Source of the DNA: Devosia sp.
GTDB taxonomy: Bacteria; Pseudomonadota; Alphaproteobacteria; Rhizobiales; Devosiaceae
Assembly: GCF_035944845.1 (NCBI RefSeq)
Contig: NZ_DASZAW010000043.1
Span: 3,232 to 67,231, forward strand
DNA length: 64,000 nucleotides
Reading direction: 5' to 3'
This document shows, in pieces, positions 17,884 to 26,702 of this stretch (the stretch's first letter is position 1; each line of letters opens with the position of its first letter). The notes under the pieces are model-generated. The model was not told where the DNA came from. It was given only the letters and a program-made list of their open reading frames with translations, and did no database searches. The translations under genes and the position numbers were made by a program.

Positions 17884-18564
17884 TCAGAGCACCCCATACC
17901 TGGCGTAGACGTCGCGCAGGAAGCCGCCGGCGCGCAGTTCGTTCATCGAGTGGTGCTCGCCATTGACCTTGTCGAAGGCCCGCTTCAGCACTTCGGCTTC
18001 GACCGCCTGCGGCACGACGACGACGCCATCGGCATCGCCGAACACCAGGTCGCCGGGCTCGACCCGCACGCCATCGACGATAACCGGCACATCGACGGCC
18101 TGGATCTGGCCGCGGCCCTTGGAATCGAGCGGTGCGATGCCGGCATGGAACACCGGCAGCGCCAGTTCGCGGATCCCAAGGATATCGCGGACGAAACCGT
18201 CGGTGACGCAGCCGGCGGCGCCGCGGGCGTGGGTGGCAGTCGAGAGCAGGCTCCCCCAGGGCGCGATGCGCGAGGATCCGCCGCAGGAGAACACCGCCAC
18301 GTCGCCCGGCTTCATGTCATCGACGATAGCGATCTCGAGCTCATAGGGGTTCGACCCCTCGGCGACGAACGGCACTTCCATGTACTGCCCGGTGCGGGCC
18401 CGGCCGCAGAGCTTCAGGCTCTCGTCGAGCGGCCGGATGCGCGGCGACATCGCCTGGTTCCAGATGCCGATGGCATCGAGCGCGTCGCTCAAGACGGCGG
18501 AGTAGAGCTGCTGCCAGCCCTCCGGCAACGGCGGGTTCTGGCGCGGGGTAAACACGGAAGTCAC
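17884..18564 (-). CDS. RraA family protein (4-hydroxy-4-methyl-2-oxoglutarate aldolase / RraA-like)
   Basis: Motifs SDALDAIG, GDVAVF, ARGAAGCVTDGFVRD, PGDLVFGDADGVVVVP. I prefer the GTG at 18564 because the AT-rich palindromic promoter-like region 18602-18624 lies inside the longer ORF (up to 18615). Confidence 0.8.
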   Translation of the reverse strand: MTSVFTPRQNPPLPEGWQQLYSAVLSDALDAIGIWNQAMSPRIRPLDESLKLCGRARTGQYMEVPFVAEGSNPYELEIAIVDDMKPGDVAVFSCGGSSRIAPWGSLLSTATHARGAAGCVTDGFVRDILGIRELALPVFHAGIAPLDSKGRGQIQAVDVPVIVDGVRVEPGDLVFGDADGVVVVPQAVEAEVLKRAFDKVNGEHHSMNELRAGGFLRDVYARYGVL

Positions 18565-18601
18565 GGGGGACGCCCTTTCTGGGAGGTGACGGTCTATGCA
18601 G

Positions 18602-18624
18602 TACATGTTGCACATGTAACGTTA
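18602..18624. promoter_or_regulatory. Overlapping palindromes TACATGT-TGC-ACATGTA and TAACGTTA (LacI-type half-site-like TGTAACGTTA)
   Basis: Low-GC patch just upstream of the preferred GTG start (18564) of the RraA-like gene, and downstream of the LacI gene. Confidence 0.4.
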
Positions 18625-18728
18625 AAGGTATTAGGGGAGTCAAGCGGGGTTTTGAGCGGTGTGGATGGGAGGGGTGGTTGCGGAGGGGGCGGGTGTCGGA
18701 TCGTGGAAAGACTGGTGGCTCCCACGAC

Positions 18729-18920
18729 CCCCTCTCTTGCGAAAACTAAGGACTTAGCTGCGCTAAGCCCAAGTTTTCGCTTTCTCCCCCGCCAAGGGGG
18801 AGAGTCCCGACTGATGCGCCAGCGCAAGCGGAGGGCACCGCTCTTCTCCCCCTTGGCGGGGGAGAATGGAATTTCTTGGGCTTAGCTTCTTGGCTAAGCC
18901 TTAGAAATTCCAAGAGAGGG
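18729..18920. repeat. Palindromic element G (outer CCCCTCTCTTG/CAAGAGAGGGG; inner TTCTCCCCCGCCAAGGGGGAGAG / CTCTTCTCCCCCTTGGCGGGGGAGAA)
   Basis: Read directly. Sits between the LacI stop (18960) and the RraA-like gene. Confidence 0.8.
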
Positions 18921-18959
18921 GGCGCTGGAGGGCACGAGGCCGCAACCTGCTGCTGCCCC

Positions 18960-20009
18960 TTACGTCGTGAACCCCGGGTCGAACACCACCGGGAGCACGT
19001 GGTCGCGCAGGGCGAAGCTGCCGGATTTGAGTCTTGCCAGCATGGCTTCGCCAGCGCGTTCGCCGACGGCATAGGCGGGAGAGATCACGGTGGTCATGTG
19101 CGGGCGGGCGTAGCGATGGGCTTCGAAGCCGTTGAAGCCGACCACCCTCACATCCTCGGGCACGCGCACACCGCGGTCGGTGAGCAGGAGCATCGCGGCA
19201 GTCGCCACCGGATCGTTGGCGCCGACCACGGCGCCGGGCAGGGGGTGGGTGTCGAGATAGGTGGCGAAGGCCGCCTGCACGTCGGCGAACGATTCGCTGG
19301 CCGCCTCGAGCACTGTGACTTCCGCGGTGCTGCCGGCCGCGGCGATGCTGTCGCGGATGCCGGCGACGCGGTTCTCCACCGCGGGCCAGGGCTGGTGCGG
19401 TATCACTGCCAGGATGTCGGTCACCCGGCGGGCGAGCAGGTGATCGCCGATCAGCCGACCGCCGCCCCGATCGTCCTGGCGCACGGTGCAGAGGTCGGCT
19501 CGGGCGTTCGGCAGTTCCTGCTGGAACACCACCACCGGCTGGTTGAGATCGGCGAGCCGCTCGATGGCCGCGAGGCGCTCAGGCTTCGGGCCCGAGATCA
19601 TGGCGCAGAAGCCTGCGACTTCGAAATTGCGCATGATCATCGACTGCGCCAGCGCGGCCCCCGGCATGCCCTGGATGGTGAGGGTGTAATCCGCATGGTT
19701 CAGCACGTTGGCCAAACCCGCGACCACCTGGCAGGTGAAGAAATCGGCGAGGAAAGCCGGCTGTTCGTCGACGATCACCATGCCGATCGAGCGCTGTTCG
19801 GCGACGCGGAGGTTGCGGGCATTGGAGGAGCGGCGATAGCCCAGCCGCTCGATCTCGCGCTCGACCCGCTTGCGGGTCGCGGGGCTCACGTACTGGGTGC
19901 GGCCGTTGATGACGTTGGATACCGTCATTGGCGACACCTCGGCGGCCTTGGCCACATCCTTGATCGTCGCCCGCGGCGGCCGCTCGTCACCGCTCATGGC
20001 GGAATTCAC
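18960..20009 (-). CDS. LacI family transcriptional regulator
   Basis: HTH ATIKDVAKAAEVSPMTVSNVINGR plus a periplasmic-binding-protein-like effector domain. Confidence 0.93.
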   Translation of the reverse strand: MNSAMSGDERPPRATIKDVAKAAEVSPMTVSNVINGRTQYVSPATRKRVEREIERLGYRRSSNARNLRVAEQRSIGMVIVDEQPAFLADFFTCQVVAGLANVLNHADYTLTIQGMPGAALAQSMIMRNFEVAGFCAMISGPKPERLAAIERLADLNQPVVVFQQELPNARADLCTVRQDDRGGGRLIGDHLLARRVTDILAVIPHQPWPAVENRVAGIRDSIAAAGSTAEVTVLEAASESFADVQAAFATYLDTHPLPGAVVGANDPVATAAMLLLTDRGVRVPEDVRVVGFNGFEAHRYARPHMTTVISPAYAVGERAGEAMLARLKSGSFALRDHVLPVVFDPGFTT

Positions 20010-20041
20010 CTCAGTGGAATGCTCTGCACCTACATATATCG

Positions 20042-20938
20042 TTACATCCCAACGCGATAGAGCCGGTTGGCATTCTTCCAGAACACCGCCTCGGATTCAT
20101 CATCGGAAAGCCCCTCGAGGATCAGCTTGAAGGCACCATAGGCCTGGTCGAACGTCGCCGCCAAACCCAGCACCGGATGATCGGATGCCAGCATGGTGCG
20201 CTCGGTGCCGAAGGCCGCGAGGCAATCGAGCACCACCGGGCGGAGGCTGTCGAGGCTCCAGTGCGGATCGTAGGCGACGAGGTCGGAGACCTTGATCGCG
20301 ACGTTCGGGGCGCTGGCGAGGGCGGCGAGCCCGGCCCGCCAGTGCGCCATACCCTCATCGCTGCGATCGAAGGGCGAGCCGCAGTGGTTGATGATGAAAC
20401 TGAGGTTGGGGAAGGCGCGCGCCAGTTCCAGCGCTTCGGCGGCCTGCCAGGGCGAGATCATCAGGTCGAATGACAGGCCGAGCTGGTCGAGGTGCCTTAG
20501 GCCGGCCCGCCAGGCCGGGCTGCTCATCCGGTGCCTGTCGTTCGAAAACGAGCGGGCCGGATCGGGATGCCAACTCAGGATATCCCTGATGCCGACGACC
20601 TTGCCGTGTTCGGCATAGCGATCGAGGATCTCGGGCGTCTCCGGTGCATCGAGGATGGCGTTGCCGACATAGCGGCGCGCCATCCAGTCGGGCTTTTCGA
20701 GCGCATCGAGCCAGGCGAGTTCGGCGAAGGGCTCACCCGACTGCCAGCCGGCTTCGACATGCACGGTGCCGACGACATGGTGGCTGGCGGTGTCGCGCAG
20801 GTAGTCGGCCGGCAGGCAACTCTCAGCCAGCACGCCGGTGGCGCCGCGCAACCAGGGGTGCTTGTCGAGCGAGCGGTCGAACAGATGGTGGTGTGGGTCG
20901 ATGATCGGCCCGGCATAAAGACCAGTCGCGTCGCGCAT
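20042..20938 (-). CDS. Amidohydrolase_2 (cog3618) family protein
   Basis: IDPHHHLF metal motif, INHCG, SDHPV. 298 aa. Confidence 0.85.
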   Translation of the reverse strand: MRDATGLYAGPIIDPHHHLFDRSLDKHPWLRGATGVLAESCLPADYLRDTASHHVVGTVHVEAGWQSGEPFAELAWLDALEKPDWMARRYVGNAILDAPETPEILDRYAEHGKVVGIRDILSWHPDPARSFSNDRHRMSSPAWRAGLRHLDQLGLSFDLMISPWQAAEALELARAFPNLSFIINHCGSPFDRSDEGMAHWRAGLAALASAPNVAIKVSDLVAYDPHWSLDSLRPVVLDCLAAFGTERTMLASDHPVLGLAATFDQAYGAFKLILEGLSDDESEAVFWKNANRLYRVGM

Positions 20939-20946
20939 ATTGTCGT

Positions 20947-22536
20947 CTAGCGTCCCATGTAGCGCCGGCGGCTGATCTGCTCGCCCAGCGTCAGCCAGCG
21001 ACGCGCCGGCTCCCCGTGCAGCAATGCCATGATCCGCAATGCTTCGCCCTGCAATTCTTGTAGCCGCGCCACCGGCAGGGTCTGGTTGGCATCGATTTCC
21101 TCGGCGATGGCGATGAAGCGCTCGGCCTGCTGTTGCCCACCGAGCCGCGGCGCGAGTTCATTGGCGACGAATGCGTCCCAGCGCAGCGTCGGATCCCAGC
21201 CGAAGCGCGAGAAGGCAAGGTAGCTCAATTCCACCGTGGCGTAGTAGTCGGACGGCTCGCCCCAGACGGTCAGCCCTTCCATGCCGAGCTCGCGCCCGCG
21301 CACCGACATATCGGCGAAGGTTTTGGCGTTGAAGGCATAGCGCTCGGTGCGCTCGTCGCCGTTCCACTGGCAGGCGAACTGGCAGCGCAAGACGTTCGGC
21401 TGCGTGGGGAGGCTCGCAACATAGTCGGTGGCGAGTTCGGTGCGAAGGCGTTTCCAGAAGCTGCGGTTGGCGGTGTGCTGGTAGATGGCGCCCTTGGGCA
21501 GCCGGTGCTGCGCCTCGGTCGCTACGGGATCGAGGAGGTTGTCCCACTGCATCTCGCAATAGATCCAGAGGTCCGGCCGCCTGGCCTTGGCGGCGCGATA
21601 GAGCCGCGGGAAATTCTCGGCCATGTCGGTATGCGACCAGGAATCGCCGTGGTCGTCCTTGCGGCGCGCCGCCTCCGCATCATTGGCGCGGCGGGCGACG
21701 CAGCGCTCGCAGCCGCAGACGCCATAATCGCCGCTCTCGATATTGATGCCGCCGATCTCGAAGGTTTCGCTCAGCCAGGCGACGGCTTCCTCCATCCAGT
21801 CGATCACCTCCGGGGCGCTCGGGCAGGCGCTGACGGTGTAATCGGAATGCGGGAAGTTGAGCGGGAAGGCGAGGTCGGCGATCTGGAAGCCGACATCCTT
21901 CTCCATCTTTGCCGCATGCTGCGGGTTGGCCTTCAGCCAGGTCGAGAGGTTGTACTTGTGCTTGCCCTCCCAATAGACCCCGCCATAGGCGCCGATGGCG
22001 ATGCCGGGGATGATGCGCACGCCGCGCTCGTTGCCATAGCGACAGAGTTCCTTGGCCGCTTCGATGCCGCCATGGCTGTCGCGCAGGAACCCATAGACGG
22101 TGATGCCGCCGATGCGGTTGATCGAGCAGAAATCCACCAGCCGCTTGTAGTCGGCAAGGAAGCCGCCGGGTGGCTTCTGGAACGGGTTGAAGACGCCGAT
22201 CTCCTGCTGGCCGATTTGCGACAGCTCCCAGTTGGTGGAGTGGTCCCAGGTCCAGAAGGTGCGGTAGGCGAGGCCGGGCTTGCCGGTGACCGGCGTGGCC
22301 CAGGCGGCGAGATCGAGCCTGTCGGAGCTGCGCTGGATGATTTCCTCGACGCCGTAGATGACGCCGGAGAACGGGCCACCGCGCACAACCAGCGCATCGC
22401 CCTCCATGGCGATGGCGAATTCACCTTCAGCAAGGGCGGGATCGAGCACCAGCCGCACGTTCGGCAGCGTATCGCCGAAGATGTCGCGCAGGCGGCGGGC
22501 TGCGTGTGGGTGTTTGGTCTCGCCGTCGATGGCCAT
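20947..22536 (-). CDS. Uncharacterised glycoside-hydrolase-like protein (GH20b/GH67N-type N-domain plus TIM-barrel-like domain with a CGCERC motif)
   Basis: N-terminal module FAIAMEGDALVVRGGPFSGVIYGVEEIIQ resembles the small N-domain of GH20/GH67/GH115 enzymes. AYRTFWTWDHSTNWE starts the barrel. Cys cluster GDYGVCGCERC. The ATG at 22536 is preceded by GGGAGGA. Confidence 0.55.
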   Translation of the reverse strand: MAIDGETKHPHAARRLRDIFGDTLPNVRLVLDPALAEGEFAIAMEGDALVVRGGPFSGVIYGVEEIIQRSSDRLDLAAWATPVTGKPGLAYRTFWTWDHSTNWELSQIGQQEIGVFNPFQKPPGGFLADYKRLVDFCSINRIGGITVYGFLRDSHGGIEAAKELCRYGNERGVRIIPGIAIGAYGGVYWEGKHKYNLSTWLKANPQHAAKMEKDVGFQIADLAFPLNFPHSDYTVSACPSAPEVIDWMEEAVAWLSETFEIGGINIESGDYGVCGCERCVARRANDAEAARRKDDHGDSWSHTDMAENFPRLYRAAKARRPDLWIYCEMQWDNLLDPVATEAQHRLPKGAIYQHTANRSFWKRLRTELATDYVASLPTQPNVLRCQFACQWNGDERTERYAFNAKTFADMSVRGRELGMEGLTVWGEPSDYYATVELSYLAFSRFGWDPTLRWDAFVANELAPRLGGQQQAERFIAIAEEIDANQTLPVARLQELQGEALRIMALLHGEPARRWLTLGEQISRRRYMGR

Positions 22537-22593
22537 GGTGCAAAATCCTCCCATTGGTGGTCACGTCGCACTGCCGGAGCCTGCCGGCAATCC

Positions 22594-22622
22594 TTGACAG
22601 AGTTAAGCAGCGCTCCTATCAA
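22594..22622 (+). promoter_or_regulatory. Sigma-70-like promoter candidate TTGACA-N17-TATCAA
   Basis: Read directly in the divergent region 22537-22713, about 90 nt upstream of the ATG at 22714. Confidence 0.4.
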
Positions 22623-22713
22623 ATATCAACATCAACTATCGCCAGTGATAATTGACGCGTTCGACACCTGCCCTCTCCCGGGGCGCTGAAAGCGAGCGCG
22701 TGATGGAGACCTC

Positions 22714-23805
22714 ATGACCTCGACGACGCTTCCCGCCGCCCTTGCCGACCTGCAGCAGGTGTGGCCGATGCCGAGCCGGCCCCGGCCGATCACCATTATC
22801 GGCGCCGGCGGCATCGTTCGCGACGGGCACCTGCCGGCCTACCGCAAGATGGGCCTGCCGGTCGCAGGGATCTTCGACGTCAACGGCGATACCGCCAAGG
22901 CGCTGGCGGCGGATTTCGGCGTCGAGGTGGTGCACCCGACGCTCGAGGCGGCGATCGCCGCCTGCGGCACCGACGGCATTTTCGACCTGGCGCTGCCGCC
23001 GGCGGCACTGCTCGGCACGGTCGAGCGGCTGCCGGCCAACAGCGCGGCCCTGATGCAGAAGCCGGTGGGGCCCGACCTTGCCACCGCGCGCCAGATCGTT
23101 GCGGCGATCGACCAACGTTCGATCACTGCCGCGACCAACTTCCAGCTGCGCTACACTCCCTCGATGCTGGCGATCCGCGATGCGGCGCGCAAAGGCCTGC
23201 TCGGCGAGATCGTCGAGGTGGAGGTGCGGCTCGCGGTCTATATGCCGTGGGAATTGTGGAGCTTCATCCCGCATCTCGATGCGGTGGAGATCCCGCTGCA
23301 TTCGATCCACTATCTCGACTGGATCCGCTCGCTGCTCGGCGAGCCCGAGAGCGTCTATGCCAAGGCGGTGAAGCATCCTCGCTACCCGAGCCTGGCCGAT
23401 GCGCGCTCCTCGATCATTCTCGACTATAGCGACCGGGTGCGCTGCGCGTTGTCGCTCAACCACACCTACAATTACGGGCCCGAGCATATCGAAGCGACGA
23501 TCCGGGTCGAGGGCACGGCAGGCTGCGCCCATCTCACCGTCGGGTACCTCGTCGACTACGTGAAGCCGGTGCCCGAGACGCTGGAAATGACCATTGCCGG
23601 GGTGCCGTGGACGACGGTGCCGCTGGTCGGCGGCGAGCGGGTGCCCGATGCCTTCGGCTTCGTCATGGCGAACCTGCAGCGCTTCGTTTCCGGTGAGGAC
23701 GCGGTGCTCGACACCGATGTGCATGACTCGATCAGAACCATGGCGCTGGTCGATGCGGCGCTGAAATCGAGCCGGCAGGGTGGGGTGGTGCCGGAGGCGG
23801 TGTGA
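22714..23805 (+). CDS. Gfo/Idh/MocA family oxidoreductase
   Basis: Rossmann motif ITIIGAGGIVRDGHLPAY plus a C-terminal alpha/beta domain. Confidence 0.88.
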   Translation: MTSTTLPAALADLQQVWPMPSRPRPITIIGAGGIVRDGHLPAYRKMGLPVAGIFDVNGDTAKALAADFGVEVVHPTLEAAIAACGTDGIFDLALPPAALLGTVERLPANSAALMQKPVGPDLATARQIVAAIDQRSITAATNFQLRYTPSMLAIRDAARKGLLGEIVEVEVRLAVYMPWELWSFIPHLDAVEIPLHSIHYLDWIRSLLGEPESVYAKAVKHPRYPSLADARSSIILDYSDRVRCALSLNHTYNYGPEHIEATIRVEGTAGCAHLTVGYLVDYVKPVPETLEMTIAGVPWTTVPLVGGERVPDAFGFVMANLQRFVSGEDAVLDTDVHDSIRTMALVDAALKSSRQGGVVPEAV

Positions 23806-24012
23806 GGGGGGCACCAGCGAAGCTGGTGGAGGGGGGAGCAAAACTCTCAGTCGCTCGTCGCTTCGCTCCGATCGCACAACCTGCGGTTGCGATACCCCTC
23901 ATCCGCCCTTCGGGCACCTTCTCCCTCAAGGGGAGAAGGCAGGTTGGCGACTCTTGCCGCCCCCTCCACCGCCTTCGGCGGTCCCCCTCCCCCGCCACGC
24001 GGGGGAGGATCA
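23806..24012. repeat. Family B element, copy B3: a composite whose arms are split by an insertion carrying a family F arm (23893-23940)
   Basis: Left arm GGGGGGCACCAGCGAAGCTGGTGGAGGGGGG starts right at the stop of gene 22714-23805. Right arm is GCCCCCTCCACCGCCTTCGGCGGTCCCCCTCCCCCGCCACGCGGGGGAGGATCAC. Confidence 0.8.
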
Positions 24013-24237
24013 CGGAGAGGCCGGTGGCATCGCTCAACTTTTGTATAAGAAATTACACTTTCATATTGGAAACTTGCTGTGCTAGCGTCACGGCACTGAC
24101 ACGGGACGTGAAGATGCGCGTCCGAGGGGTGTGTCGATGGAGTGATCGGGGCGGCGGGGCGCCGTCCCGGCGCCGACAGGGGATAACGGCGTGACGGGCT
24201 TCGGGCCGGCGCCGGGCATCAGAGGAAGGGATTTCAG

Positions 24238-25524
24238 ATGAGAGTTGCTTCGAAAGCGGGCTGGCGCATTGCCGCCGGCGCGGTGGCGCTGACGGCGATG
24301 ATGGGGCCGGCGCTGGCGCAGGATGTCACCACCATTCGCGTGCTCAACTGGCAGCCGGGCGGTCCCGATTACTGGGCGCAGCTGGTGGCGGCGTTCGAAA
24401 AGGCCAATCCGGATGTGAAGGTCGAGCTCGAGACCGTGCCGTTCGATCGTTATCCGAGCGTCCAGGGGCCCTATATCGCGACCAAGAGCGGCCCCGACGT
24501 GATGGAGAACAATGCCGGCCTCGAGCTGTTCGACCGGCGCAGCGCCTATGTGCAGCTGCCCGAGGACGTGCTCGCCGCGGCGAGCGATCTCATCACCTAT
24601 TCGGGCGGCTGCCTCAACTACGACACCACCCAGCCCTGCTACGGGTTGCCGTTCGGCTACCAGGGCAATGTGATGTACTACAACAAGGCCGTGCTGACCG
24701 AAGCCGGGCTCGATGCGGCCAATCCGCCGAAGACCTGGGACGAGATGGATGCAGCCTGCACGGCGGTGAAAGCCATCGGCAAGACCTGCCTCGCGCACGG
24801 CATGACCGGCGTGTTCCCGGCCTACTGGAACTTCCCGGAAGTCGCCCGCAACTTCCTAACCGAAGACGATATGCGCGCCATCATGGCGGGCAAACTCCCC
24901 TGGACCGACCCGAAGATGGTGTCGATCCTCGAGGCCATGGCCGCGATCGGCACGACGCGCGGCTGGATCAACTCGAGCTCGCCCTCGATCTCGATGCTGC
25001 CCGATGGCGCCGACATCTTCCAGAGCGGCAATGCCGCCTTCGCCTCGACCATCATCGCCGATGCGGTGAACTGGGCGGCGTTCGGCGCGGCTTTGGGCGA
25101 TGAGAATGTCGGCGCCATGCGCTGGCCGGTGCTGGTGGCCGATGCGCCGCTGGCGCAGAGCTTCAGCGGCACCGAGAGCTCGGTGTTCGGCGTGACGCCA
25201 TGGAGCACCAAGCAGGAAGCGGGCTTCAAGTTCGTGAAGTTCGTCGCCGGAGTCGAGAACGCCAACCTCCTCGCCAGTGTCGCGGGCGGCATCTCGCTCA
25301 ACAAGAACGTCGATCCGAACGCGCTGCCGAAGTCTGAGGCGCTGGCGCAGATCCAGGAGATCATCAAGACGCCGACCCTGCATGTCGGCGTGCTGCTCTC
25401 CGGCCAGGAAGCCGACGCCCTGGCGCGCGGCTGGCAGGAAGTGACGCTGGGAACGATCACGGTGGCCGACTGGACCGCCCAGATGCAGACGGCGCTCGAG
25501 GAGAGCCCGAGCAAGGCGCAGTAA
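24238..25524 (+). CDS. ABC transporter substrate-binding protein, family 1 (CUT1 sugar type)
   Basis: Signal peptide MRVASKAGWRIAAGAVALTAMMGPALAQD. 428 aa. SD GAGGAAGGG upstream. Confidence 0.9.
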   Translation: MRVASKAGWRIAAGAVALTAMMGPALAQDVTTIRVLNWQPGGPDYWAQLVAAFEKANPDVKVELETVPFDRYPSVQGPYIATKSGPDVMENNAGLELFDRRSAYVQLPEDVLAAASDLITYSGGCLNYDTTQPCYGLPFGYQGNVMYYNKAVLTEAGLDAANPPKTWDEMDAACTAVKAIGKTCLAHGMTGVFPAYWNFPEVARNFLTEDDMRAIMAGKLPWTDPKMVSILEAMAAIGTTRGWINSSSPSISMLPDGADIFQSGNAAFASTIIADAVNWAAFGAALGDENVGAMRWPVLVADAPLAQSFSGTESSVFGVTPWSTKQEAGFKFVKFVAGVENANLLASVAGGISLNKNVDPNALPKSEALAQIQEIIKTPTLHVGVLLSGQEADALARGWQEVTLGTITVADWTAQMQTALEESPSKAQ

Positions 25525-25570
25525 GCGGGGAAACGGGCTGGGTCGCCTGTGTTGGCCCGGCCCTCACCCC

Positions 25571-25669
25571 ACCCACCAGCTGTCATCCCAGCGAAAGCTG
25601 GGACCCAACTATCAGCTGGTGCGGGAGGTGAGTTGGGTCCCTGCTTTCGCAGGGATGACATCCGGTGGT
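25571..25669. repeat. Family A element, copy A4
   Basis: Read directly. Sits between the binding-protein stop (25524) and the permease start (25773). Confidence 0.9.
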
Positions 25670-25772
25670 GAGGTAAGATTTGAGCCTACCACTGGCAGTC
25701 AGCATCCAATCACCCATCGACCATGCGGAGCCGGTTTGTCGGCTCCGCTCTCTCAACGGGCACTGATAAAGC

Positions 25773-26702
25773 ATGACCCAAACCCACCAGTCATCGAGCA
25801 GCGGCCTGATCCGCACCCGGAAGCGCCGGATGCGGCCTGAGCTGGTCCTTGGCATTGCGCTGGTGGTGCCGGGGATCGCGCTGGCGGTGATCTTCAAGCT
25901 GGTTCCGTTGGTCCGCGCTTTTATTCTCAGCCTCTACCAGACGCGCGGCTTCGAGGAGCCGAAGTTCGCCTGGTTCGCCAACTACGCTTCGATGTTCAAG
26001 GACCCGGTGTTCGCGACCTCGTTCAAGAACGCGGCTCTGGTGTTCGTGACTCTGCCGGTATGGATCTTCCTGCCGCTGGTGCTTGCGCTGCTGATCTTCC
26101 AACGCTCGCCGGGGTGGAAGCTGTTTCGCGCGGTGTATTTCCTGCCCTACATGATCGCGCCTGTTGTCGTCGGCATCATGTTCCGGCAGATCCTCGCGCC
26201 CGATGGGCCGCTCAATGCCTTCCTGATCTTTATCGGGCTGGCACCCTTGGCCATCGAATGGCTGAACGGGGCGACGAGCGCGCTGTTCTCGCTGACCGCG
26301 GTGGCGCTGTGGAGCTTCTTCGGGCTCGGCGTCCTCACCTATCTTTCGGGCCTTTCGACGGTGCCCGACGAGGTGATCGAGGCGGCGCGGCTTGATGGCG
26401 CCGGGTTCTGGCGACTGCTGATCGAGATCGTCACGCCGCTCCTCAAACCGGTGATCGGCTACTGGACGGTGCTCTGCACCTCGTCGATGCTGATCTGGAT
26501 GTTCCCGCTGATCTATGCGCTGACGCGCGGCGGGCCGGGCAGCGCCACCATGCTGCCCGAGTATCTGGTGTTCACCACCACCTTCGAGTTCCTCAATCGC
26601 GGCAAGGGTGCGGCCATCGGCATGGCGCTGTTCGTGTTCGCGGCCATCGTTTCGGCCTTCGTGGTCCGGCGCATGTATGCCGAAGGAAAGGCCAGCAAAT
26701 GA
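25773..26702 (+). CDS. CUT1 sugar ABC transporter permease (MalF/UgpA-like)
   Basis: Six predicted TM helices and the EAA-type loop EAARLDGAGFWRLLIEIVTPLL. Confidence 0.9.
   Translation: MTQTHQSSSSGLIRTRKRRMRPELVLGIALVVPGIALAVIFKLVPLVRAFILSLYQTRGFEEPKFAWFANYASMFKDPVFATSFKNAALVFVTLPVWIFLPLVLALLIFQRSPGWKLFRAVYFLPYMIAPVVVGIMFRQILAPDGPLNAFLIFIGLAPLAIEWLNGATSALFSLTAVALWSFFGLGVLTYLSGLSTVPDEVIEAARLDGAGFWRLLIEIVTPLLKPVIGYWTVLCTSSMLIWMFPLIYALTRGGPGSATMLPEYLVFTTTFEFLNRGKGAAIGMALFVFAAIVSAFVVRRMYAEGKASK

Noticed and set aside
22636-23877. 413-aa minus-strand ORF opposite the Gfo/Idh/MocA gene
   Set aside because: The plus-strand frame has the Rossmann motif and a family-typical length. The minus frame is Arg/His-rich and runs into repeat B3.
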